A stretch of 64,000 bases of DNA from Octopus vulgaris. Its lineage: Eukaryota. The notes below the pieces were generated by a model. It was not told the DNA's origin, did not search any database, and was given only the letters and a program-made list of their open reading frames with translations. The DNA lies in the NCBI GenBank assembly GCA_951406725.2, contig OX597827.1, forward strand, positions 21,142,001-21,206,000. The letters are read 5' to 3'. The position numbers and the translations under genes were made by a program. This document shows, one piece after another, positions 52,345 to 64,000 of this stretch. The first letter of the stretch is position 1. Every line of letters begins with the position of its first letter.

Positions 52345-55150
52345 CTGACGATTTGACTGAGGACTGGCAAACCTGATGGCTGCACCAGGCTCCAATCTGA
52401 TCAGGCAGAGTTTCTACAGCTGGATGCCCTTCCTAATGCCAACCTCTCCGAGAGTGTAGTGGGTGCTTTTTACATGCCACCGGCACGAGGGCCAGTTAGC
52501 GGGTACTGACAACAGCCACGCTCAAATAATGTTTTTTACGTGCCACCTGCACAGGAGCCAGTCCAGCAGCACTGACAATAACCTCGCTTGAATGTTTTTT
52601 CACATGCCACCGGCACAAGTGCTAGTAAGGCGACGCTGGTAACGATCACGCTCGAATGGTGCTTTTTAGGTACCACCGGCATGGAAGCCAGTTAGCACTC
52701 CACTAGCACGGATGCCAGTCATCAAATTTGATTTTGATATCGATTTCACTTGCTTCAACAGGTTTTCGTAAGCAGAGTTTAGTGTCCAATGAAGGAAACA
52801 TATGCATAAATGGGCTGGTTACACCCCTGGCATAGGCCATGAGGTTATGGTCTCACTTGGCTTGCCGGGTCTTCCCAAGCACAGCATATTTTTAAAGGTC
52901 TCAGTCACTAGTCATTGCCTCGGTGAGGCCTAAGGTTCGAAGGTCATGCTTCACCACCTCGTCCCAGGTCTTCCTGGGTCTACCTCTTCCACAGATTTCC
53001 TCAACCGCTAGGGTGTGGCACTTTTTCACACAACTATCTTCATCTATTCTCGCCACATGACCATACCAGCGCGAACGTCTCTCTTGCACACCACAACTGA
53101 TGTTCCTTATGTCCAACTTTTCTCTCAAGGTACTTACACTCTGTCGAGTATGAACACTGACATTACACATCCATCGGAGCACACTGGCTTCATTTCTTGC
53201 GAGCTTATGCATATCCTCAGCAGTCACGGCCCATGTTTCACTGCCATGTAGCATGGCTGTTCATACACATGCGCCATACACTCTACCTTTTACTCTGAGC
53301 GACAGGCCCATTGTCACCAGTAGAGGTAAGAGCTCTCTGAACTTAGCTCAGACTATTCTTATTCTAGCAGCTACACTTTCAGCGCACCTTCCCTTGCTAC
53401 TGACTTGGTTACCTAGGTAATGGAAGCTATCAACTACTTCTAATTTTTCTCCATGGAATGTGGCGGAAGTTGTTCTCTGCAGATTTTCAGTGTTGATTGC
53501 TCCTGAGAATCTGCCACATACAAAAACTATCTTCCCAGTTAGCCTTCCTTTGATATTGCTACACTTTTTATATATCCATAGCTTACACTGGGTACATCTT
53601 ATAGAGTTTCTACCTACGCCTTTTCTACAGATCGATCAGGGCCAACTACCTGAAGGGATTTGTGGTTTGTCAGCCTTCCTACTTATTAGGACTTTGGTTT
53701 TAGCTAGGTTGACTCTAAGACCCTTTGATTCTAATCCTTGTTTCCACACCTGAAACTTGTTATGTTCTGATAGTGACTCAGCAATTAGAGCAAGGTTGTC
53801 AGCATAGAAGAGCTCCCATGGGCAAACTGTCTTGAATTCCTCTGTTATTGCCTGGAGGACTATGATAAATAGGAGGGGGCTGAGGACTGAACCTTGGTGG
53901 ACTCCTACCTCTACCCGGAATTCTTCACTGTACTCGCTGCCAACCCTCACCTCACTGACAGCATCCCTGTACATGGCTTGCACAGCTCTCACTAATCATT
54001 CATCTATCCCTAGTTTCCTCATTCATCACCAGATAAGGGATCGGGGCACCCTGCCAAAGGCTTTCTTCATGCCAATGAAAGCCAGGTACAGAAGTTTATC
54101 TTTGGCTAGGTATTTCTCCTGCAGCTGTCTTACCAGAAATATAGCATCAGTGGTGCTCTTCTCTGGCACAAACCTAAACTGCATCTCATCTGAACTGACT
54201 CTCTCTCTAATTAGTTGGGCTATGACCCTCTCTGTGACCTTCATTACTTGATCCAACAACTTGATACCTCTGTAATTATTTGTATCTAAAGCGTCACCTT
54301 TACTTTTGTAGCAGTTGACTATGGTGCTGCTACACCAGTCATTGAATATGACTCCTTCGTGTATCACCTGGTTGACTATACAGGTGACTAGGCTATAGCC
54401 AACACTGCCAGATATTTTTAGCATTTCTGCAGTGATATCAGATGGGCCGGAGGCTTTCCCTGTCTTCATACTTTTAATTGCTTTATCTACAAAGGTACTG
54501 TCAACTCGGATAGCTGGTCCCTCTGTTGGGTCGACATTCGGCAGACTCTCTTTCTCCCATTCATTCTCTTTATTGAGCAACCTTTCATAGTGGTGTCTCC
54601 AAACCTCTCTCTTTGCAGCCTTGTTTAGTGCAAGTGAACCATCATCCATGTGGACACATTTCTCTCTTACAACATCACGATTCTCTCTCACACACTGTCT
54701 TGCAACACGAAATACCTCAAGTCTTTGGTCTTCACAGCGCAGAACATTGGCAAATTTTTCTTAACTGCTTCCCCTCTGGCTAAATACACCTGCCTCCAAG
54801 CTTCCCTTCTGGCAGTTTGATACACTTCTCTGCTACCACCATTCTTCCAGTCCTTCCAAGCCTGTTTCTTTTCTCTAATAGCCCTGTCAACAACATTGTT
54901 CCACAACCACGTTATTTTGGGTCAAGAGGGGACTTTGCACCATCCACAGATCTGGTCAGTGGCCCTCAGCAGGTTGTCCCATAGAAACCTCCAGTTGTCT
55001 TCTACATCATGTGAAGCTATATCCCTTTCTATTCCGTTAAAGGCTTCAAGTAATATGTCTCTAAATCTCTGTCCATTCAAAGGATCTTTAAGCTTCCAGA
55101 CCCTTCTGCTCCATGCTGGTCATCTTCTGGGCATCCACTTAGCCCTAAAC
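52345..55150 (-). mobile_element. RTE-clade LINE, 5'-truncated, with degraded reverse transcriptase
   Basis: NNYRGIKLL, STTDAIF, KAFGRVPR, GVHQGSVLSPLLF, LFYADNL, LRVNLAKTKV, LHGSETW, RGRPRKTW, followed by a repetitive 3' UTR. Confidence 0.95.
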
Positions 55151-55337
55151 AATTGGGAACCAAAATAAAGAGAATGCGTGTGTGTGTGTGCACATACATA
55201 CATACATACTTACATACACACACATATACAAACATACATATAAATAAAAATATATGTTTATATATCTCTATATACATATGTAAGTATAAAAGCCTGTATA
55301 CACATATATGTAGATGTTTGTATATATATAAATATAT

Positions 55338-56152
55338 CATCATTATCATCATCATCATTTAGTGTCCATTGTCCTTGCTGGCATGGGTTGGACAGTTTGA
55401 CCAAGCCTGGCAAGCTGGGAGGCTGCAGTAGACTCCAGTCTGATTTGGCATGGTTTGTACAGCTGGATGCCCTTCCTAATGCCAACTCCTCCAAGAGTGT
55501 AATGGGTGCTTTTATGTGCCACCAGCACAGGTGCCATTTGCGTGACACCAGTATCTGCCATGACTGCATTTTTACTTGGCTTGATGGGTCTTCTTCTCAA
55601 GAACACCAATGTGAAAGGTCTCAGTCATTACCTCCGTGAGACCCAACACTCAAAAGGGGTTTTCCATGTGCCACTAACATCAGCTACTTGCCTCTGTGAG
55701 ACCCAACACTCGAAAAGTGCTTTTTACATGCCACTGGCACACGTGCCAATTACATGACATCAGCACAACTATGACTTCACTTGGCTTGAGGGGTCTTCTC
55801 AAGCACAGCACATCACAAAAAGTCTTGGTCACTAATCATTGCCACCATGAGGCCTAAAGTTCGAAGATCATGCTTCCCCACTTCATCCCATGTCTTCCTG
55901 AGTCTACCTCTACCACAGGTTCCCTCCACAATTAGAGATCAACACCTCTTTACACAGCTGTCCTTGTCCAAGCATGTCACATGACCATACCAGTGCAGTC
56001 ATCTCTCTTGCACATCACATCTGATGCCGCTTATGCCCAACTTTTCTCTCAAGATGCTTACACTTTGTTGAATGTGCACACTGACATTGCACATCCCGTG
56101 AAGCATACTGACAAGCTTACACATGTCCTCAGCTGTCACAGCCCATGTAGCA
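55338..56152 (-). mobile_element. RTE LINE 3' fragment (older copy)
   Basis: Homologous to 52860-53254, with (CAT)n tail at the left. Approximate. Confidence 0.8.
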
Positions 56153-56684
56153 TAGAATATTTATACGGGTGCAAAGAGCACCATATGAGTGTGATCATTG
56201 ACAGAGCGACTATTCGACATTGCCAGTACCGCCTAACTGACCCCCGTGCAGGTGGCACGTAAAAAGCACCCACTACACTCTCGGAATGGTTGGCGTTAGG
56301 AAAGGCATCCAACTGTAGAAACTCTGCCAAATCAAGATTGGAGCCTGGTGCAGCCATCTGGTTGCCAGCCCCCAGTCAAAATCGTCCAACCCATGCAAGC
56401 ATGGGAAACGGACGTTAAATGATGATGATGATTCCCACTTGTCCTTCCTATGCTTCCCTTTATAGAGAACCACCACCGTTTGGGATACTTTTTCAATTCA
56501 AAACTTTGGCATAAATCTAGTTAGACATTGAAGAAGGTTTTTAAACCCACATTTCAAAATCTCAGCTCAGAGATCATCCATCCCAGATAACTTACCACTG
56601 TTAAATATATATGATGGTTAGCTGTCAAAACAAAGCTATTCTTATCACTAATATTGGAATGCCTGTTTACTGAGGATTGTGATA

Positions 56685-56880
56685 GTGTTGCAAACTCTTA
56701 TGGACTCTCAACAGCAAGCAGTATACTGAGTCTAAAAACTAACCTGAAAAAGTTATCTTGGACCAACTTGCACCCAGAGAGGCAAACTCCAAGTCAAACA
56801 TTTACATGTATGGACAGAAATTGAAGGGTGTAGATAAATCCCAGTATTTAGGCAGGACTGTGAATATTTCAGTGTTGATA
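56685..56880 (+). mobile_element. Highly decayed RTE/BovB-like RT fragment
   Basis: SLKTNLKKV...IYMYGQKLKGVDKSQYLG resembles RT domains 6-7. Confidence 0.5.
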
Positions 56881-57990
56881 GCATTTGATAATTTCCCATT
56901 TTCAATGTGATCAGAAACTGAAGGTGGGCCTTTATGGGAATATATTCTCTCAGGTTCAAAAACTTGTTCAAACAGTATTCAAAGTTTTATTTTATTTTTC
57001 TGTGAGTGTGGCATGAAGCTTGCTTCTCAAAGGCAGGATTTGGGTTCAGTCCCACTGCATGGTACCTTGGGTATCTTCTACAACAACTTCAGGCCAACCA
57101 GAGCCTTGTGAGTGGATTTGGCATACTGAAAGAAGCCAGCCATATAATATCATCGTTTAACATCCTTCTTCCATGCTGGCATGGGTTGGACGGTTTGACA
57201 GGAGCTGGCCAGGCTGAAGACGACACCAGACTGTTTTGGCATGGTTTTTACGATTGGATGCCTTTTCTTACACCCCTGCCCCAGGGTGGGCTGAGTGCTT
57301 TTTAAATAGCACCGCATTCACGTATATCTTTATGTCTGTGTTTGTCCCCTACCACCGTTTGACAACTAGTGTTTGTTGGTCTGTTTAGCTCTCTGTGATT
57401 TTGCTGTTTGGCAAAAGAGACTGATAGATACGAATTATTAAAAACATAAGTACTGAGATCGATTTAATCCACTAAAATTCTTCATGGTGGTGCCCCAGCA
57501 TGGTCACAGTCAAATGACTGAAAAAACTATAAAATGAAAGATTTGTGTAAAAAAAAAAAAACAATATAAAAATGTGAAACAAGTGAGATTGCTCTGACCC
57601 CAAACTGAAGAAACGAAAACACAGATGCCTCAGGGGTCCCTCATTGTAAGATTGGTTCTCTAACAATTACAACAACACCAACTCATTGGATTTTCGTTTT
57701 ATCCTTGTTTTATTGAGAAAATAGAAGGGGGGAGTCCTCTGATGGTGGGTGGGTGGCTGTGAAGGGGACAGGCAAATTGCATTGTCTAATAAAATTCAAA
57801 TAGTTTTAAAATTCGTTTTAAATTTGCCCAACACCGTGGTGAAGAATAAAGAGTTATATGAATGGGGACCCGACAGTGTTTGCTTATTAATGAAGAGAGG
57901 AAGGGGAAAATGCAAAATAATTTCATTATTAAATATTTTTGTGTTGCCTAAGATTTCAGTTTGACAATCACAATGGACCAGAGTAGTTTC

Positions 57991-58390
57991 CGACCTTTTC
58001 AGTTTGAACGGCAGTTTTTTCAAGTGGTGTCATGAATTTGTCACCCATAGTATCGATCTATTGCATTTCAATCTGTTTTAGGGTTAGGGGTGGGGGGAAG
58101 GGTATCCTTTTTTTTTCTTCAGAAATGTAAATAAACTCAATCTGTTTCTTAAATGAGGGACATATTCATACGGCACAGAATGTTTTTTTACCTCAATAGA
58201 CGTCAGTGATTGGTTGAAATTGCAGAAATTGAAGAGAAAAACAACAAATATCTTACAAACCATAGAATTTTCTCAATAAAGCCAAGAGAAAAAGATGTCT
58301 TATAAACACATTCTACCAGTATACGAAGTTTAAAATGTTTTAGTTACCTAGAAATTATGTTAAAAACTGCCGTTCAAACCGAAAAGATCC
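57991..58390. mobile_element. MITE (GGATC TIR family)
   Basis: TSD GTAGTTTC on both sides. Left TIR slightly mutated. Confidence 0.9.
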
Positions 58391-59016
58391 GTAGTTTCTC
58401 TTTGTGTAAAAACAGGCAACTAGGGAAAGCATTCAGGGACTGAGATATTGGTTGTTGACGAAAACGAGAGACAGACAGAGTGGGGTGATAATAACAAAAA
58501 AAGAACGAAGAATTGTGTCGATGAGCCACTTTCGATTCTCAAGTCCAAGATCATTTAACTGCTCAATCTTTTACAATGCCAATTGTTGCCATAATTCACT
58601 TGTGCCCGAGCAAACCCAACTTTAAAGCCAGGGATTCTAACCATAACCATTTCGTCTTTTACTCTAACCTTACACCAATTTATTTTTAAAGACTGTAAGG
58701 TCTGAAGGTGTGACTTGAGAAAGATGTAGCTGTTGTTTCCAGCAGATCAAGCGACCAAATAATAGCTTCCTTGTTCCCATGTTGTATATTCAATACTGGA
58801 TGAAAAATATAAAATTTTATTGTCCGAAACTGGAATTTTCCAAAAAACTTAACGGATAGATTCTTTCTCTTTATTTTATTTAATTTATTTTTCTGGCTAA
58901 ACACTGAAGTTCTGAATGGTTAATTAAATTGAATACAATTTATAATAAAAGGCTTAAGGAGAGGAGTGTGGTAAAGAACCCTAGATTTTCAAAACTATTT
59001 TTTCATAAAAAGCTTT

Positions 59017-59428
59017 GGATCTTTTCGGTTTGAACGGCAGTTTTTAGCATAATTTCTAGGTAACTAAAAAATTTTAAACTTCGTATACTGGTAGAATGTG
59101 TTTATAAAACATCTCTTGGCTTTATTGAGAAAATTCTATAGTTTGTAAGATATTTGTTGATTTTTTCTTCAATTTCTGCAATTTCAACCAATCACTGACG
59201 TCCATTGAGGTAAAAAAAAACATTCTGTGCCGTATGAATGAATATGTCCCTCGTTTAAGAAACAGATTGGGTTTATTTACATTTGTGAAGAAAAAAAAAG
59301 ATACTCTTCCCCCCACCCCTAACCCTAAAACAGATTGAAATGCAATAGATCGATACTAGGGTCATAATTATGGGTGACAATTTCATATGACACCGCTAGA
59401 AAAAAACTCGTTCAAACCGAAAAGATCC
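59017..59428. mobile_element. MITE (GGATC TIR family), opposite orientation to 57991
   Basis: TSD AAAGCTTT on both sides. Confidence 0.92.
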
Positions 59429-59936
59429 AAAGCTTTCCCCACCCCAATCATTTTGTAGTGCGTGGAGAGAAAAAAATGAAATATCCCCGCCGAAACAGAG
59501 AAAATCCAACATACGAGGGTCACCTATTGTAGACCTCAGCCCAGATTCATACCACAAGAGAAGTTGTTCCGCATGAACTATTCCTACTTTACCAGGCTTA
59601 ATTTTTTTACGGTGCCCATAGCTGCTATTTCTAGCAGTGACGAGAAACTGAAGGAGCGCTTTTTTTTACCTCCAATGTCAACAAACATGTGACTGACACA
59701 ATTTTATTCTCTGATATGGTTGTTCCATTATTTCTCCTCCACTCACCAAAAAAAAAAAAAACATGATTGAAGGTTCATTAACAACAACACGGGTTGGGAC
59801 GCATTTCTGGGGATTAATTTGAAAAGACAAAAATACAATTAAAATCTGAATTTGATAAAAAAAAAAAAAGAGAGAGAGAGGGAGAAAAGGCGGGGTAGAC
59901 GATCACAGAATGCTTGAAATTGTGATGAAATGTCCT

Positions 59937-59947
59937 TGCGCATGCGC
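59937..59947. promoter_or_regulatory. NRF1/Ewg-type palindromic site, candidate promoter upstream of KCTD9
   Basis: TGCGCATGCGC in non-repetitive sequence about 10 kb 5' of the first located exon. A single motif only. Confidence 0.3.
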
Positions 59948-60351
59948 CAAAATCTAAAGCCGATCGGATGATATTTTCTTTTCGTTATCTAAAATTGCCA
60001 AAAACTTGGAGATATTCACCGGTTTGCTTCCAAACCACGTTGTCTTGGGTTCAATGTCACTGCGCTGCACCGCAGGCAAGTTCCCGCCTTGTGACTGATG
60101 GCTCGGTCAGTCACCACTTGGCGAGTCGGCAAAAGATATCGATAGAATAAGTTACCAGACTTTAAATAGGTCCTGAAATCGATTTATTCGAATCCTTCCA
60201 AGCTCCATCACTCGAGTCATCCATTCGCAAATATCGCCGGCTCCAATCTTCAATGTTTATGGTTTATATTGGCTTCGTATTTTGGCACACAATGCCAGCA
60301 ATTTCGGGGGTCGGGAGTAAGTCTATTACATCGACCTCAGTATTCAACAGG

Positions 60352-60757
60352 GGATCTTTTCGGTATGAACGGTAGTTTTTTCAAGCGGTGTCATATGAAA
60401 CTGTCACCCATAATTATGACCCTAGTATCGATCTATTGCATTTCAATCTGTTTTAGGGTGGGGGAAGGGTATCTTTTTTCTTCACAAATGTAAATAAACC
60501 CAATCTGTTTCTTAAACGAGGGACATATTCATACCGCACAGAATGTTTTTTTTTACCTCAATAGACGTCAGTGATTGGTTGAAATTGCAGAAATTGAAGA
60601 AAAACAACAACAAATATTTTACAAACTATAGAATTTTCTCAATAAAGCCAAGAGAAAAAGATGTTTTATAAACACATTCTACCAGTATACGAAGTTTAAA
60701 AGTGCTTAGTTACGTGGAAATTATTTTAAAAAACTGCCGTTCAAACCGAAAAGATCC
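60352..60757. mobile_element. MITE (GGATC TIR family) inserted in a SINE
   Basis: Both TIRs present. Imperfect TSD TCAAC(A/T)GG. Confidence 0.88.
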
Positions 60758-61294
60758 CTCAACTGGTACATATTTTATCGATCTCGAAAGGATGGAAGGC
60801 AAAGTCGATCTCGGCAAAGTAATTTAAGGATTTTCCGGTCCTTAAAATGAAACAACAGTGCACGCGCGCTGGTAGTTTTGTTTTCTTTTCGACTGATGAA
60901 ATGAGGGAAGGGCATATTGGATGAAGAATCAGGAAAATTATGTCGTGCATTTGGTTGTCTTTTACGTTTCAAGTTCAAAACTTGACATTTTTTAATTTTA
61001 ATTTTCTTGAAGCCAACAAAAATATAAGAACTCTATAGCATTCTCTACCGCAATCCTAACCCGACCCTTTCTTCTGACCCAAACTTAACTGGGGCTCATC
61101 CGCCATTGGCGAAATCTCAAACTCATTTGGCATTGCTAGCCGGGTTAAAACACAAACTAGATCCCTCGGACTGGGTAGTGGACAGTTCTTCCTCAATCCT
61201 GATCATAATTTAGGCCAAAATAATAATTGGGAAAAGGGTTCAATGTAACATAACAACTTTGAACGCATGCTAGCGATACGTATTTTACTAGTGA

Positions 61295-61807
61295 CTAGCA
61301 GTATCGCCCGGCGTTGCTCGGGTTTGTAAGGGAAATAACTATATAAGCATTTTTAGAGAGTTACTTCCCTTATAGATGCCAATTCGGGCTTTCTTAGCCA
61401 TTTCTGTTTTGGTGTCTTCAAGCCATGAAGTCGTTGTTCTAAAAGAACGCTGGTCTCCTTGACAACGCTTTACGACGTTGATTTCCTTACACTCCCTTCC
61501 CCACAGCTTCACGAGGGAGGGAAGAAGGGGGAGAAGCAAACAGGTGCAGGCGTGACCATGGACGCCAACTCCGCCGCCATCGACACACGAAAAATTATGC
61601 ATTAAAATGGAATAAAAAATGATGTTAAATTATTTTTAAAATCGTAGACTCATCGTAGACGCGCGCTAATACTCAGACGGGCTCGATATGAATCACGACT
61701 ATAAGATACCTGAATTTGGTTAAACTGCACCGCAAAATGTGGGAGTAGTTAGGAATCTAAATCGAAGGGGACAGACACTCACACAACTACAGTTTTATAT
61801 ATATAGA
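61295..61807 (-). mobile_element. Non-autonomous Helitron
   Basis: A|TCTATATATATAAAAC...GCAACGCCGGGCGATACTGCTAG|T. Ends shared with 19417-19811, different interior. Confidence 0.9.
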
Positions 61808-62831
61808 TATGTAACTGAAAATGAAAAAGTTTCGCTTTATAAAATTGAGCCGAGGGAGGCAAGGGTTGACCAAATACTACCGCAGACCGTATGTTTAATA
61901 TTCCGATAAGCTTTCATGAAAAATATTTTACTTTAAAATGTTTAATTGTAGTTGTATCATAGAAAGAAAAAAAATGAATAAGTTTACACAAACTACCAGT
62001 TCTGTGACGTAAATTTTTTGCTGTTCCACATGTCTCACTTTGAAGATGAAATTTATGGGGGGTTTTTTTCCTACTATTTTTTTATGGGTCTTTTGAAGGA
62101 ATCTATCAAAATCGTCGGAAATCACTCATTCTTCAGATAAACCCCAACTACTGAAGGTGAGACGAGTGTAAAGTGGAAATATTGCAGATTTCATAACTTT
62201 TGATGAAAAACAAAAAAAAAATTGTTATCGCCATATTAATATGGCATTCTTATAGATATAAGAATAATCGCTGCCGCTGGTCAGCTCCATGAGGCCACCG
62301 CCTTAAGATAGCTATTGATACACGATCTGTATCCATTATAACCTTAAATTTCTTTGCGAATTAGCAATTGCCATTTCTTGTCAAATATTTGATTAAAGAG
62401 TAAAAAAAAAAAAAAGCAACTGTAGCACTGAAAATCTACTTTAAAAAAATATATGTATTCTGTAAGCCTCTAAAATGACAAAGTGAGTTCAAGAATCAAC
62501 CATTATATAAGAGATACACCTGAAGTCATGAATGAAATTCTGTACAAATTTCGAAACTAAACGGTAATATTTACGAGCTGCCAGAATCGTTCGCAGCACA
62601 CCGAGCAAAATGCCTTGCGGTCGGTATTTCGTCCGTTTTTATGTTCAAAGTTAAAATTCCGCCGAGGTTGACTTCGCTTTTTATCCTTTCGGCATGGATA
62701 AGATAAGTACCAGTTGAGTAATCGACTTTACCAATCCTTGGAAATTGCTTGAAACCAATATATATGGACTGCACATGAAGTATACGAATGGAAAATAAGC
62801 AGAGAAGAAAAAAGAAAAACGATTGAGGATT

Positions 62832-63229
62832 GGATCTTCTCGGTTTGAACGGCAGTTTTTTCTAACGGTGTCATATGAAATTGTCACCCATAATTATGAC
62901 CCTAGTATCGATCTATTGCATTTCAATCTGTTTTAGGGTGAGGGGAAGGGTATCTTTTTTTCTTCACAAATGTAAATAAACCCAATCTGTTTCTTAAACG
63001 AGGAACATATTCATACGGCACAGAATGTTTTTTTTACCTCAATAGACGGTCATTGATTGGTTGAAATTGAAGAAAAAAATCAACAAATATCTTCCAAACT
63101 ATAGAATTTTCTCAATAAAGCCAAGAGAAAAAGATGTTTTATAAACACATTCTACCAGTATATGAAGTTTAAAATCTTTTAGTTACCAAGAAATTATGTT
63201 AAAAACTGCCGTTCAAACCGAAAAGATCC
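62832..63229. mobile_element. MITE (GGATC TIR family)
   Basis: Both TIRs present. No clean TSD. Confidence 0.88.
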
Positions 63230-64000
63230 CAAATATTTTTACATCTGTCTAACTTTGGAGGCAAAATGTATTCCATTTGTGGCTTTGAATGTTTTGAAAG
63301 AATGTGACCATCGAACCCATCAAAAACAATTCGTTCTGTTGGCAAATCCCGAACCATAAAGCTGAGACCGGGTGCAAATAGAAAACATTTAACAGAGAGC
63401 ATAGAACTAACAAAATCCTGTGAAAACATCAATCGATATTTATGTGTTCATAAGATTCGTAAAAGCCATAAGTTACACGGTTAATAATTAATTTACATAA
63501 GCGAAAACTCACAGAAATGTTGTAACGTCTAGTCTTGTTGCATTCTTTTGTTCTTCAGATCTTGCCAAATATTTTCATGGACTTCTTTAAATGTTAATAC
63601 TATTTTCTAGGTACTTTCGCACCGAAATATTAATAGCGGTTTTAATTACAGGTATATGGATATTTATGCTGTTGGAATCAGCACAAAGAATAAATACGAG
63701 GACTGTTAGATTTGTAGGCCGCCCTTCAGACTCTTGTCTGCATATCGACCACATATTATAATATTAATCCATTCTACTGGAAGCACAAGGCCTCAAATTT
63801 GCCTAACTGGTACTTGTTTAATCGATCCCAAAGTCGACCTCGGCGGAATTTGAACTCAGAACGTAGCGGCAGACGAAATACCTATTTCTTTACTACCCAC
63901 AAGGGGCTAAACACAGAGAGGACAAACAAGGACAGACAAACGGATTAAGTCGATTATATCGACTCCAGTGTTTCACTGGTACTTAATTTATTGACCCTGA

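Noticed and set aside
56596-56621. 26-nt micro-exon candidate on the minus strand (ttttgacag ... GTAAGT)
   Set aside because: Good splice signals, but no ATG or KCTD9 similarity. It cannot be supported without transcripts.
63199-63432. 77-aa ORF as an exon of a neighbouring gene
   Set aside because: No recognisable domain, no convincing acceptor, and it runs into a MITE TIR.

Overview
AT-rich, microsatellite-dense eukaryotic genomic DNA. The SINE/RTE/Helitron/MITE landscape looks like an octopus (coleoid cephalopod) genome, which is an inference. One protein-coding gene dominates: a minus-strand KCTD9 orthologue (KHA-like N-terminus, BTB/POZ domain, pentapeptide repeats). I traced 11 coding exons by hand between 50022 and 23699, all with GT-AG boundaries and compatible phases (1182 nt, 393 aa plus stop). 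The short first coding exon was not found. The rest is mostly transposon debris: Helitrons with Rep and PIF1 fragments, two TIR-complete but decayed Tc1/mariner elements, a GG-terminated 8-bp-TSD MITE family carrying TTAGGG repeats (one copy is a 743-bp foldback), RTE, CR1 and R4/Dong-like LINE fragments, two tRNA-type SINE families and several minisatellites. The most interesting signal is a UGA-C stop codon in KCTD9 followed 8-9 nt later by a strong GC-rich stem-loop and a 25-codon open extension, a candidate stop-codon readthrough or recoding element. Almost all ORFs in the supplied track are repeat artefacts. Repeat boundaries marked approximate were read by eye.
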